Assembly (NCBI GenBank): GCA_030704615.1
Contig: CM060733.1
Coordinates: forward strand, 55,552,001 to 55,616,000
From: Takakia lepidozioides
Lineage: Eukaryota > Plantae > Bryophyta
Length of the DNA: 64,000 nucleotides
Reading direction: 5' to 3'
Within the stretch, counting starts at the first letter, position 1. The number at the start of each line of letters is the position of its first letter. Shown here piece after piece: positions 38,250-52,300 of this stretch. The position numbers were made by a program, and so were the translations under genes. Under the pieces are notes generated by a model that saw only the letters and a program-made list of their open reading frames with translations, had not been told where the DNA came from and made no database searches.

Positions 38250-39925
38250 TACCGTGGGTACTGGATTTCGGCCAAAGTAGGGCCATTGGGAGACAGGGCT
38301 ATTATCCAAAGTGGATTCAAGCCAAACCTCTTCCTTTTCAACTCCCTACAGAAACATGTATGTCAAGTGTGGGAGTGTGGTGGATGCACGCCAAGTGTTT
38401 GAGGGTATGCCTGAACAAGATATGTTTACATGGACTATGATGATGGCAGCATATGCCAAGCACGGAGATGCTGAGGAGGGTTTTAGAATTTATGAGCAAA
38501 TGAGACAGGAAGGGGTGATGCCTGACAGGGTGACATTTACTTGCATTCTCAATCTGTGTGCCAGCCTAGGAGCCCTGGAAAAGGGCAAAGAGGTCCATGG
38601 GCATATCAGCAAAAGTGGAATAACTCCTGATATCATTCTGGAGGATACCCTTGTTGACATGTATTGCAAATGTGGAAGCATAAAGGATGCACATCGAGTG
38701 TTCAGCAATATGTCTCAACAAGATGTGGTCTCATGGAACGCGATTATCGCAGGACATGCACAGCAAAGGTGTGGTAGGGAGGCTTTTGATATGTATGAGC
38801 AAATGATAAGAGAACGTGTGACCCCTGACAAGGTCACCTTCATTTGTGCTCTCAATGCATGTGCCAGCCTAGGAGCCCTGGAAAAGGCCAGAGAGGCCCA
38901 TGCTGACATCATCAAAGCTGGGATTGCGTCCTATATTAATTTGGAGAATGCCCTCGTTAACATGTACGCAAAATGCGGAAGCGTAAGGTTGCACGAGAAG
39001 TGTTCAATACCATGGCTGAACGAGATATTGTCTCATGGAGTGTGATGATCGCAGGATATGCCCAGCACGGTTGTGGTATGGAGGCCCTCCCAACTGTTTG
39101 AACAAATGAAACAGGATGGCTTCAAACCGAATGATGTAACTTTTATTTCTCTCCTCTTTGCTTGTTGTCGCATAGGTCTAGTAGATGAAGGCCGTCACCA
39201 CTTTGATTCCATGATGCGAGAATGTGGGCTCACCCCTAGATTGGAGCATTTTGGCTGCATGGTGGACCGGCCGCACAGGACGATTGGTTGAGGCAGAAGA
39301 CTTCATCAACAAAAGGCCAATCAAACCAGGTGCTGCGGCATGGAAGGCCTTACTTGGTGCCTGCAGGGTTCATGGTGATTTGGAGGTAGCAGTGTACCGC
39401 AAAATATCTTCTCCAGAGTGATCCAGAGGACGCTGCAACTTATGTACTGCTATCAAACATCTATGCTGTGACCGGCAGATGGGATGACAAAGAAAAGGTC
39501 AGGAAAATGATGGAAGTTAGGGGTGTTCGGAAGGAACCAGGGTGCAGCTCCATTGAGGTCAACAACAGGGTGCATACATTCCTCGTAGAAGACAAATCAC
39601 ATCCAGAAGTTGAGAATATCCATGCTGAGCTGAAGTGGTGGTCTCTGCAGATTAAGAAGGCTGGATATGGACCTGTAACATGGAAGAGGAGCAGAAAGAC
39701 TTTTCTGTTTGCAACCACAGCGAGAAGCTGGCCGTGGCTTTTGGGCTGATTAGCACACCCCCTGGGACGCCTATTCGTATTATCAAGAACCTTTGCATGC
39801 GTGGGAACTGCCACTCCACAACCAAGTTTATCTCAAAGATTGTTGGGCGAGCAGTTGTTGTAAGGGATGCCAGCTGCTTCCACCATTTCCAAGATGGGGT
39901 TTGTTCTTGTGGGGATTACTGGTGA
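38250..39925 (+). pseudogene. PLS-class PPR protein with E/DYW deaminase domain (C-to-U editing-factor type), frameshifted
   Basis: PPR repeats (LVDMYCKCGSI, VVSWNAII), PG box [21 protein letters not shown], terminal CSCGDYW. Spread over several frames; CxxC changed to RGNC. Confidence 0.9.
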
Positions 39926-40913
39926 AGCAAGTCATATGAAGGAAGTGCACAGGCTCAATTGTGAGGGTGGGGAAAGATCATCATTCTTGTAAAATCAAGT
40001 GCAAAGTGGGAAGAGATCGCATGACTAAATGCAACAGTTAACTGTGCACTTTTCTGACCTGCACCTGGTGATTATTGCAGTTCACTTCCCACCATAGAAT
40101 AGCAGCAGAGTGAAGTAAAAAATCTGGCTGCCGAGCAGTGGTCAACTTAAGGCCAGAGGAATGAAGAATAGTGGGGGGCCTCACCCTGCGGAAAGAAACC
40201 GCAAGGATTTCGGATTATGGCTGGGATTTCCTTGATCGAGCGGCTCACAAGAGCAGGAACCTTACGCGGAAGGTGCCATCCTCACCTGGCGGGAAAATCC
40301 CCCCCACCAAAGGTGCCATCCTCTCTAACTAGGAAATCCTGGCCGGGTCTTGGAAGTGTTGCACTAAGCGAGGTTGGAAGGTGTACCTTCTCACATAGTA
40401 CTACCCCTTTGAGTTCACATATGTGGGTAGAGACACACGCTATTCCTCATTTGTTCAGAGGGACTTACATCCAATATCTCAATAAATGAAGGGGAAAACA
40501 TGGCTTAAAGCTGTACTAGGAAGGGACTCATGTCCTGCAGAAGGAAGCAAAGGAGTATTGGGGACTGGTGGAGGACCTGTTCCTGCTGCCGCAGGTCGTG
40601 GGTTCAGCTCTGTGGGTTGTGAAAGGGGAACCCCTTCATGTCATGTACTAAATTGGGTTACGATGCTACGATTGCTGCCCCAAATGTACAATAGGCTCCG
40701 CACACCTCCAACCCATACTTCAGTGATTATGTATATGCCAACCCACCCATGGATATTTATTCCAAAGCTGGTGATATTGTGATTCCGGTGTTGGCATTGA
40801 CTCTTGCAGCCATGGTCTACGTGCAGCAGAGATGGAAGGGTTTGCTTCAAAAGTACATCAGAGAGACAAATCCTTGAACAGAAGGGCAGAGATCTTAGGT
40901 GATCAGTCAGCTA

Positions 40914-42031
40914 CTAACCTGTGATAAGAGGAATTATGTAGCCCACAGCCTGCACGCCAAGCATCCCAAGCAAGATGTAGGGCGTCGACTCCGGATGGCG
41001 CTTGACATGTGACAACTGGGCACCAATACATAGCAGCATCAGAGTTAGGGTTGCCACACTCAACGACCCTTCCAGACTCTTCCGAGAAAGGATCTCATCC
41101 TGCTGTCGCTTGTAAGTGATCGGGAAAGTCTCCAGATTCATCGGTTTGAAGTAGAAAGGTTCGTCCACATTCGGGCGGCTGGTGATGTCTATCTTCACAG
41201 TCAGTCTTGTCAGCCACCTATCACTGAGTCCAATTGGCATCTACTGGTCGACAGCCCTTCATGTACATCTTCCCATCCTTGGGATTATACAGACCTTCTG
41301 CGAAATACACGAGCGGATTTTCAATAGAAAACCCAGCTGGTGTAATCTTCAAGTGAGCTCCCACTTTGAAATATTCTGGTTGCTTGCTTGGGCGGGCGTG
41401 CACTTGAGCAAGGATTCGCTTTTATCGGCATCATCCATTGTCCCTCTGGAACCATAGTAAAATTACTCTCCTCCCTCCAGTTTATGTCATGTGGTCCTCA
41501 AGTGCAATCACACTAAAGCTCAGATAATCCAACCTGGAATGCTGCTTCTGCTGCGGAAGCAGGAGTGATTCGACTGAAAGATCTCTGCTTAAGATGCTAT
41601 AATCATCAAGTCCATGGAGACCAGGGTAACGAAACACACTGGCCCATATTCTGGACCGAACGAGGTCAGGTTCATACCTTTCCATCACTGCACCTGCCTC
41701 CCTGATGTTGTTGTACTTGTACTGAAGATATTTTTGGACACTGGCTGGAACATCCTGGTTATGGAGAGACATGTGGAAGGAAAGAGCGTTGAATGAACTA
41801 GAGTGGTTGAGAGGCCAGATGCTGGAAATGGTGCCTTTCACAATGCTGCGCTGCTTGAGAGAGTGAAGCCCCCTCCATAGTAGATGCTTCTCTTGGATGT
41901 AATTTCCAGCTGAAGTACACCTGAGACATTACAACTGTTCGTCGAACCTCCTGCATTCTTTTATTCAACTGCACATCTGTAAGCGAGAATCTTGCCAGTT
42001 GCACCGGTGTCGTTGCATCAGATTCATTCAA
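40914..42031 (-). pseudogene. DUF2921-family membrane protein fragment
   Basis: AEGLYNPKDGKMYMKGCR...QQDEILSRKSLEG...QLSHVKRHPESTPYI.GMLGVQAVGYIIPLITG; several frameshifts, truncated. Confidence 0.75.
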
Positions 42032-42203
42032 AGTGGGGTATCTGGGAATTGAATATCTACTTGCGAATTTGGTTCTGAGAGTGGATGGTAGAGCATAATG
42101 GGCTTGGAATCCTCAAACTGCAGCACGTCCCTTTAGAAATGATAAAAGGTTCTGCAGCATCCACCATGTAGATCGGTGTGTGAAACCCCGACGATGACGA
42201 CGA

Positions 42204-42353
42204 TGACGTGGCATGACGACGATGACGTGGTGCTATGGCACCCTTATTCCGAGGACCTGGAATAGTAGACAGAACAAACCGGATGGATGAATTTATGTCA
42301 ACCATCGGTTGACGCATCACGTGACACACTAGATATCGTGAGCAACACGTGGC
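42204..42353. promoter_or_regulatory. Cluster of ACGT-core (ABRE/G-box) motifs about 1 kb upstream of the PES-like gene
   Basis: TGACGTGGC 42204, TGACGTGG 42223, CACGTG 42318, ACACGTGGC 42345. Confidence 0.4.
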
Positions 42354-43337
42354 CACCGGAATCCAAGGTAGTTAGTAACGTGACTCCTGCTTTTCCAGGA
42401 GAAAGTACGCAACCTACTTCACATTCATCCAAATGCATCCGTGAGTGACTATTCATCTGATAATCTGTTCATCCATCCGTCTTCTCTCCACCAACAGTCG
42501 TCTTCCCGCCGGGGGAGCTCTACCAAAAGTCTTGGTAGGGAAGGCGATGTGCCTGCCTGCACTTTGCTTCTTAAATTGAGCCAACACTCTCACATTCTGC
42601 GTCTGTAGTTTGTTTCTTGGTGAAGAGAAGAGTTCTGTAGCTCGTTGTCAATTTTTCTGTAGCTTTCGCTTTAAGTTTTCGGATAGAGAGGTGTTTTGGA
42701 AGGTCGCAACGGGTGCGATCATGAGAGAAGGAGAAGGGATGATGGACTGGGGAGAACGGCAGGTACAGTGCGGGTGAGAGATGGGAGAAAGAATTTGAAG
42801 TGGAGCGCGCTCGGAGTAGTACATGCGTGTGCAATTTTACTTCGAAATCCAGCTTTACTTCAATTACTGTAGTGGCCGTAGAATGAGGGAGGTGCCATGG
42901 AGGGATTTGTGAGTTTGTGAGCGTATACATTGAATCAAACTTCGGTTATAGCTCTGCTGAATTGTATGGACCGAACTGCTGATCGATCGGATTGATGAGA
43001 TTTCGATCCTTTCAACTGTTGGCAAGTCAGTTCATTACTTGTCACTTTTAAGATTATCCAGTCTTGCGATCCTTCGACTGTATTGTAGGTCAGTGGTGGA
43101 CAGGGAAGAAAGCCAAGGAATTTGATTTTGCGAGATCGTACCGCTTTGACGCCTGAATATTTCTCGGATTGTTTGGAGGCATACTCCCGTCCAAAGTTTT
43201 TACGCACGGTCACGTTTGACATGTTCAATCGAACTCAAAGATATCTTCAGGCCATCCGTTTTTATGTCCTGCACTCCGCGTTTGTACTGTTTCAAAGGCT
43301 TTATAATTTCTGCGCTGTAAGCAACATTTTTAGCCTG

Positions 43338-46300
43338 ATGGAGCTGGTGTCTTCCAGTAGAGTGCCGTTCTTGTCACACAGAGCTGGTTCCATAAGTATA
43401 TGGAGTAGAGCTCCTGAGCCTGTCAACTTGGAGACAAAATTAAATGCTGGCTCAAGTCGTGTGAAGAAGCCTGCGATTAATTTCACTGCAGGCTTGACAT
43501 CGGAGCCAGCTTATTCAGCCAAGCGCGATAGTCAAGACGAGATCGAGGTGGAGATCCTGAAGCAGGGCAAGAGACTGGAGATACTGAAGCAGGGGGTGGT
43601 GCCGGGAGGGAGAAATAGTTTACATGTTTTTGTGGATGAATCGAAGGAGAGAGATTCTAAAGTGGCACTGCTAGAAAAGAGTTCAGCTCCCGATCTCGTC
43701 AGAACAGATAGATTGCCTGTCGCAGCCACGGTAGGGAAGATAAATAAACCCAATGCTAAATGGTTAATGGACCAAGTTCGGGGATTACTGCAGCCTGAAA
43801 AGGGACCCCCTCGCTGGTTCTGCCCTCTTGGATCCGGTGGCTTTTCAGAGAACTCCCCCTTACTTCTCTGCCTTCCAGGTATGAGGTTGCTCTCTCTCGA
43901 CTGATTTTACCTGTGTTGCTTGTTTGTCTGTCTCTATGCCAGTGAATAATGGAATGAGCTTCTCTTGTGAGTTAGCCGTATCTCCCGCTGTGCACAAAGA
44001 AATCTAATTAAGGGGCTTTATTTTGCAGACATATTTTCCAATGGACTCAGTATTACACTGCATCAACAAAAACTGGCTCAGTAAGTTCCATAGTGGGAGT
44101 GGGGAGCAACGAGTGCTCATATGGGCATGGTGGGAGGGAGGATTTTCAGGGAAGGGTCAGTCTTTTGTTATCGTGAGCAAAGAATGTACTTGTAAGATGT
44201 TGTTTGCCGTAGCCTTGTGGCCATACACCACCCTGCGCCCAGTTCGGGCGGAACAAGAGGGAACATACACTACCTTCGCGAGGGGGCTCACTGTGGGACT
44301 TACCTTGATATAAACAATTGTTCGGGCTTTCCAGGTTTCCTCTAGAAAGCCCTTCACACAAGCATCAATCTGCTGTGTGAGCTGCCCAGCAGTTAGACCC
44401 CAACAGTTAGGCTCAGCCTCGTGATTGAAAGTTGGTGAACAGGGTGTATGTGCTTGATGGTCCTGAAGTGGGTCGGTCTCTGATGAGAATAGCCCGTGAG
44501 CAAAGAGAGAGCGAGACTGATCAGGTGTCATTCGGGCTTGGGGAAATGAAAACAGGCTGTTTGAGGTGCGGTGTCTGCATGTTCCGCTCTCCAATACCAC
44601 TTCCTTTGAAGGTGCGTCTGTCTCTAAACCACTATATGCCAGCCAAGTAGGGCACCAACAGATTAGACAGATCTGTGCCCACTTCAGCATACTCATTTAT
44701 ACTCCAAGCGTGATTGCTATTATATATACTTCCTTGACTACAATAAGACAAATTGATCTGAAGAAAATTATTGCCCACTCTCCAGTAGGAGTAAGCAAAT
44801 GCCTGCTGTGTATGAAAGAGGATGATAGTGAAGGTTTATTTACACACAAACTATGTCATCAAAACTGCTGTACTGTCAGAGACTGTAAGGTAACTGCAAC
44901 CTGCATTATTTCAAACCATATGGAAGCTTATGATAACTATGAGTTAAAGGGAGAAGGGGAAGAGATGTGAAGAAAGCCACAATGAAAAAGAAACTTTATG
45001 ATGTCCGAGTCCGTTTTATGTCTTTTGGCTTTTTTGCCTGAAGCATTGCGTAAGGCAGTTTGTATTCACCTTATAATGAAAATCTCAAAGAGTTTTGGAA
45101 CAATAATATATAACAGAAATGAAAGGACTTTATAACGTCCTCAGAGAGCTTATGGGAAAGAAACCAGGATAATGTGGGGCCCTCAACTAGTAGCCCAAAA
45201 ACAACTATTCAACGTCAAGAGATCTCAAAGATGGAGAGCCTCATGTAGGTATGCTGCCTGCATTTCTGGTCCTTGTAGTGAAAGACCTCGGGCAACCTTC
45301 CCTTTCTGCGACATGGTTGTATTGAACTTCTCCAGCCGAATCTGACAGTCTCCTCAGCAAGGTATTGGCTGTCCTGAATAGGTAATAGTACCAACCCCAG
45401 ATCTCATAGTAGAGAGGAACAGTGAAAGGAAAAAAACTCCTTCAGTCTCAATCTCCCATCTGTCATGTCTAGCACAAACGGATGAGCAAGCTCCAGGTTG
45501 TCTCATCTGCCAGTCTTATCTGCTGGCTGTGTGAGCCCACCATGAACCTTCCCAATGGCCATGGAAGAGCTGGAGATAAAAGTAATTGGGCTGTAAGAAA
45601 GAAAAGGATGAAGGAAAGTATAAACAATAGGAATGGTACATTGTCATGCCATGGAATAAGAAATGGTAAATAAGAAAGTGCGGCCCTCAACAAGCAGCCC
45701 AAAAACTAGACTCAACATCAAGAGAACAGAACAAAGTTGAGAATGTCCACAGGTAGCCCTGAGGGCCCACGGGACAGACAGAGAGAGAATTGTGTTTGGA
45801 TTAGAGGTTCCACGTTGATTCCTTTATCACAAAACACCGGAGAAACAGAGAGAGACATGAGAGTTATGAGTGATATGAGAGATATGAGTGAAATTTGGAG
45901 GAATTTTAAGGAGTTATGGAGTGCTAAGGATGTGTTTGCGTTTCATCATTTGCAGGTTTACTCAAAATAGTAGAAGCAGCCATACAAAATGAAGTTGTCA
46001 ACCGGCCAGGGAGTCCCATTTACTTGATGGGGGAATCGTTTGGAGGGTTGCTAGCTCTGTCAGTAGCTGCTCGCAATCCTGAACTAGACCTGGTGTTGAT
46101 CCTTGCAGATCCTGGTAGGTGTCTCTCTGCAAAAGGCCCGCTGGCCGCCCCATGGACATAATAGATATATTTTGCGCTCCTTACTCTCTCTTGTTGGATG
46201 CTACAAAGTGCGCTGCATGTACTCATTTAAAATCCCCTCAATCTCTGCAAAGAGAGCGTCGTGGATAGATTGCACTGTACAACCAAATGTATCTTAACAT

Positions 46301-49300
46301 ATATATTTTTTGCTGAGTTCTGGATGTCCTCATTGTGTGTTCCCTGTGAATGTTTGCTATTATGAACCCTGAAGGGCATAAACCCCATGTGGTATCATCC
46401 TTCCCTGAGGTTTCGACCCACCAGACTACGTAAACTGAGACTGAAATCTGGTTACAGGGCTTAGCAGCATATATTCAGTTGGTTCTGGCCTCCCTATTAA
46501 GAGATAAACAACACTTAGTTCTTCTGATTCTGGAGAGTGCGCAAATGTCTTACAATAGGCCTGCACAATGTGATTTGATACGTTTGTGTGTCGTATTTCA
46601 TAACAGCAACATGGTGCGATGGCTATCAAGTTATGTCTCCATTCCTATCTCTGCTTGAAGCTGCACCTGGCCGAGTCTCCTCGGTGTTGCCATTCCTTCT
46701 CTCTTTGACCCTTGGTTAGTCCCTATTGCCCCCTTAGGGTTGCATCTAATCCTAGTTTATCAGAGTTTCACCTACTGTTTTGCAATGATGCTTTTCAGGT
46801 AACAAACATACTGAACAAAGAAAACTAGGCAAGACTTTGACTTAAAGAACATTTACCACTGTTACTGAGGAAACACTTATACCACACAAAGCGATAGACA
46901 TGGTTGTTTACACTTCAAACTGCATATCATAAATAAAACCAATCAGGTGAACCAATTGGAGGTGCAAGTTGAACGTTCAAATGAACAGGTTTTTGCAGTT
47001 TTTAACCAATTGTGCACATAAAGGGGTGGATCGTGGGGGTGGCAGGGGATCCTGTAACAATAGCAAAGGCTACCGTGGATCCCTCGCTCCCACCTTGGGA
47101 GAGAACGCAGCAGTTTGCATCCGCATTGCAAGAGCTGCTTCGTATCCTCTCTGTAAGTTCTTTACCTGAACGACATCCATTTGTTCAATTAGAGCCGTTC
47201 CATTCATATCTTTGTGAAGAGACTGTAGAAAGTGCAGACACAGAGGTGGAGTTGAGTTCAAGTCAGATGCCATTATTCATAATGCACACACATAAATGAA
47301 GTGAAATGGAATTTTATAACACGGAGTGAGAGAAAAAATGTACTCATAAGACGACCTTTGCCGTAGCCTTGTGGCCATTGGCCCCACACCCAGTCTGGGC
47401 AGAACAAAGGGACAGAGTGAAAGAAAGAAATAAAGAAAGAAATTAGATACAGAGGGCCCAAGGGACACAAGCAAGGGGGAGAGAAAAAATGTATTCATAA
47501 GACATTGTTTGCCCTAGCCTTGTGGGGAAGAGAGATGAAATGAAATGGTACTTTTGTGGGGGAAGAGACAGAGACAGAGACAGAAATAAACTCGTGATGG
47601 TACATGGTGCAGACAGCCACAGTTGAATGGTCAAAGGAGATGTGCCAGTGGAAGCTAAAGCATTTACAGCAGGGTGCCCGGACCACAAACTGGCAGTTGC
47701 ATACTGTCAAATGCGAGGTTCTTTTGCTAGCTAGGTGTGTATGCGAAGGCCTCTACTTCTGATAGGTACAATTGGCATTACAATGTCTGTCTTTCTGTCT
47801 TTCTTCTTTTTCTCATTTGCGGACATTGTGAAGTGCCATTTCTTTTCTTTTCTTTTCCTCCTTTGCAAGGAAGGGTTAAACTCCCAGATCACACTTGATT
47901 GAACACAACCTTACCAAGTCGAAAAAGTCACTCCCAAGTCACACTCTCACTCATCCTCCTAGCGTCTTCACTCTTCAATGGCTGTGGAGCCTGAGGGAAT
48001 AGGCTGGAATTCTTTTGTCTGTCCCTCTCCTCTCTTTCTTTCCTTTCTCATATTGGAGATTACAATGCACTTTCTGTTTCAAAGATCCCACAGCCTATCT
48101 GCTGTATCTTTTTCTTTGACGTTATAAAGTATCCTTTCATTTCGTTTCTTTGTTGACGTTATAAGGTACCATTTCATTTCTCAATAGGATTCTTCTTTCT
48201 ATGCCAAGGGAGACATTTGGTTGGATTTATGGATTTGAGGGGATATGAAATGATTTCAAACAAGGAATGTTTTCCTGAAGTATATATGCACAGGACTGCT
48301 GCAGTTGAGATGCATTTGAATTCATTTTCAACAAAGCAGCTACCAGAGAGGGTATGTTCTTGCGTCTAGCGGGAAACAAGTGTATGTGATGCCCAAGTAG
48401 AGGAGACAACGCCAAAGCCGATGTAGGAGCAGTGATCACTCATTCTAAGTAAATGCATTTTATAGGGGAGATTCTGAGAGTTTTTGGAGAGCTGAGAGCG
48501 AACCTTGAAGTTTGTTCCTATAGGGATGTTGGAAGGCATAGATCAGTAACTTAATTCTGTGGATAGTGGAAAGGAGCAGAATGCAAACGAAGCTAAAAGA
48601 CTGAAGCAAGTACTTGGACCCAAATGTACAGTTCGATTTTTCAAGGACAGTGGTCCTGCCCTCCTCTTGGTACCCAAATTCTCCTTCCTCCCCTTTTTCT
48701 CTCACTTAGTCACATCTGCATCCTCTCTTTCTTTTGTTCTTTCTTCATGTCTCTGGCTCTTCATTTCAGTCCTTCTTTCTGCGGATGTTTTTAAGTACCA
48801 TTTTATTTCGTTTCGTTTCTTTCTGCATGAATCCACTGCTATATGGAGCCTTCCCACTCCCAGGTCACCTCCCTCTCCGCTTTCTCTGCTCCCTCCAGAG
48901 TGGGCATTGGGCCAGAAGGTTATGGCAAGCAAAGTCTACTGAGTTATTATCACAGGAGCTCTTGGGGCTTCTTGGACGTTATAAAGCTCATATGTTGTCC
49001 TTTCTTTGTTCTCCATCTCTCTCCCTCCCCATGCCCTTCACGCACAACAGTGTGAGTCATAGTGCAACCTTGCTCACATACAATAGAGATTTATGGATCT
49101 TTTTGTGGTTGTCAAATTGGGGTCCTGTATGTTAAAATTTACCCCCTCACTGTTTCTGGTTGTCTTTCTCGTAGGAAGAAGGTGTACAGTTAGCAAGCTT
49201 GATAAAGGCTACAAACATTTACCGCCGATCGAGGCATCGAGATGTTGTTCGTGACTACTTTCCACCTTCTGAAGATGAAGTGGAGATGTTTCGCAAGGTA

Positions 49301-52300
49301 CACATTGGGTATGTATTGCTACCTCTTTCCCATTCTAAGCTGTACAAGTGCGCATGTGCATATCAACAGTGGCTCAACTGGGGATGTTCTTCCCCATTTT
49401 CAGGGGCGTATATTAGAAACTTAGTAGATATTAGCAAAGGAAATTACAAGTGACTCACGATCTTCATATTGTTTTGTGCTTGCAGGATAATGAAGCAGCT
49501 TTTCAGCCCTATATGTTTCTCAGTTGAAGAGAAGGGCACGGTGGCTCGAGGCCTGCCCAGAGTCACAAAGGACAGGCCCATACTGTTCATTTGCAACCAC
49601 ACATTTGTCGGGTTCGACTTGGGAGTCATACTCAATGAATTTCTGGAAAGTCAAAATGTGATTGTGCGGAGCCTGGCACATCCACTTGTAACGAGAGGTG
49701 AGAAGAACAAGCAGTTGGACAAGACAAGATCATGCTACTAAAATACAATGCTGGTGAACTTGGGTATATACGGAGGGTCGGGTGGACCTAAGCTTGCGTA
49801 CCAATGTCATAAGAGATCCTGCGCTGGGTTGGGCAAAGCAGAAATGGGGAGGGGGGTGGTTGAGACACAGACAGATGAATCTGACGTGTGGTTGCATTCT
49901 GCAGATCCGGAAGAGGAATTGCCAGCATCAGGGCTTCCTGACCTTGCGCGCTTGCTTGGCGCTGTACCTGTTACTGGAAACAATCTCTACAGGTTGATGG
50001 CGGCCAGAAAGCCAGTCCTTTTGTTACCTGGAGGCATGCGAGAGGCTGTGAAGCGAAAGGTTTTGTCTCTGCATCCCTGCCTTTTGCCCTTTGGGCTTTG
50101 ATGTGGGTACACTTTCTGGGGTTTTTCGAATGATGTCTACTAGTTATGCTAATTTCAAACTTGGTTGGATAGTACGGCATGGTTCTTCTCAGTCACTCTC
50201 TGAAGTGTGTATACAGGGTGAGGCATACAAGCTCTTTTGGCCAAAGAAACCAGAATTTGTCAGAACTGCAATTCGTCATGGTGCCACCATCATTCCAATT
50301 GCTGCGGTGGGCGGTGATGATTTCATTCAGGTGCTATTTCCCTCTTCCCCTTCTCGACTGGGAGTGCCACAGTGGCAATAAATACAGGGGTTAGAACAGC
50401 AGTCCATAGGAATTTTGTGTTTTCCCAGCATGGTGTCTTTCACAGCCTGTACATCATCCCACAGTTCTGTATAAAGGGATTCAATTGGCTGTGATCAAGT
50501 GCTATGGCAATTTCAAAGTGAGTTTTTCCTGGTGGGTAGAAACTAGAATTCCAACAACTGGCTCCATGAGTGTTGATATTTTGCGAGGACTATCCTCTCA
50601 TGGCTATGTCATCATTCAGAGGTAACAATAATTAAGTACCTTTGATATGAAGACGTTGGAATATATGGATTGTGAAGCTGTTTTAGCGGATATCATTTGA
50701 AAGCAGCATACGAAATGTGAATTTTTTTTAATATGAAGGTTCAAATGGTGGCTGCAGCTACTACTGGATCAAGATGAGGTGATGAAGCTGCCCGTAATTG
50801 GGGAACGCCTTCGCAGTCTTGGTGCCAACATGCCTCGCGTCAGGTGCCAAATTTAACAGGGTGGTTATGCATACTTCATGCATCCCTACATTAATCTGAG
50901 TTCTCATTATCATATACATGAAAACCACACATCTCCATCCTTTGTATTAGCTTCCAAGATTCAGGGCTCTAGAGCATGAAATTCATGCATGTGAAGTATA
51001 GGGATTTGCTCAAAATGCATTCTGGCCCTCATCAAGCATTTTGTTTCAGGTTGATGACTAATTCCAGCTACATTTCCTCAGCTCTTTGGCTGACAGTCTG
51101 AAACTAATTGGTGAATGTGTACACACAATGCTACCTCTTGCTTACATAACACATGCATACAGAGAGAAATCATGAATGTCAGCGATGGATTCTTTGAAGC
51201 CCATGATACCTTTCAAGGTGGGAACATTGTCTAATTTGGTTTTCATCCTATAATGTGATTAGGCCAGCAGAAGATTTTTTTCTTGGCTCTCTTGGGTTTC
51301 CAACACCCCCACCTCGAATGTACTTCCTGTTTCAAAAGCCCATATACACCCATGGTAAGTTCCTTTCTTTATATCCCTTTAATTGGATGGCTGTCAGCTG
51401 TGAGGGAGTGCTACGGCATGTTCAGGTCGAGTCTCTTGTAGGGGGTGGGTTGAAAGCCCAAGGGCCACAACCTGCTCCAGGAGGCCTATCTATTCCCTTA
51501 AGATTGTACTCATAAGACGTTGTTTGCCGTAGCCTTGTGGCCATTGACCCCCCGCCCAGTTTGAGCGGGAACAAAAGGGACAGAACCTACCTCGGTCAGG
51601 GGCTGACGTTGGTAGTAAGACTTACCTCCATATATAGAATTAATCCGGGTTTTCCAGATATCCTCTAGAAATCCCTTTACACAAACATCAATCTGCTGTG
51701 TGTGATTTGCCCAAAAACTAGGCCTCAGGAGGGCCTGGGCTTTTGGCTCAGCCTCGAGACTTTCAAAGTTGGTAAACAGGGGTACAGGCACAATACCCTT
51801 AATAGATTTGAAGAGAGCGTCTCTTTGGTGAGAGAACCCCGTACAGTGTATCAGAAAATGAATACTGTCTTCAGATTGCCCACACAATCTATCCCCTTAA
51901 GACATGACAGCCAATGTTAGCATGGAACGGTCATGTACATCTCTCTCCCTCTCTTTACCTCTCTTATCTCAATGCAACTCTCCCTTGCTCTTCCCTCGTC
52001 CATATCCAGCTTTTGTGCCACTTTTCTCTCGCACATATTGCTTACATTGTAGACCTTTGCTAACACAAATCAAATGTTGACATCCTCTCAGACTGACTGA
52101 GTTGGCTCCCAGAATTACAGTATCCCCTTAAGGTATATTACAGCCAATGTTAGCAGGGAGTAGTCATGTACATCTCTCTCCCTCTCTTTTCTCACTTATC
52201 TCCTGGGTGCAACTCATCCATTGCTTGTCCATCTGTAGCTTCCGTGCCCCTTTTTCTCCTGCACATATTTGCATGTAATGCAGGAATGTCTTGATTTCAA

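Noticed and set aside
40140-40860. Short repeats (AAGGTGCCATCCTC x2) suggesting an LTR fragment
   Set aside because: No termini, TSD or second copy in the window.
43122-43337. Upstream extension of the PES ORF in the ORF track
   Set aside because: Non-ATG start; ATG 43338 gives a plausible transit peptide.
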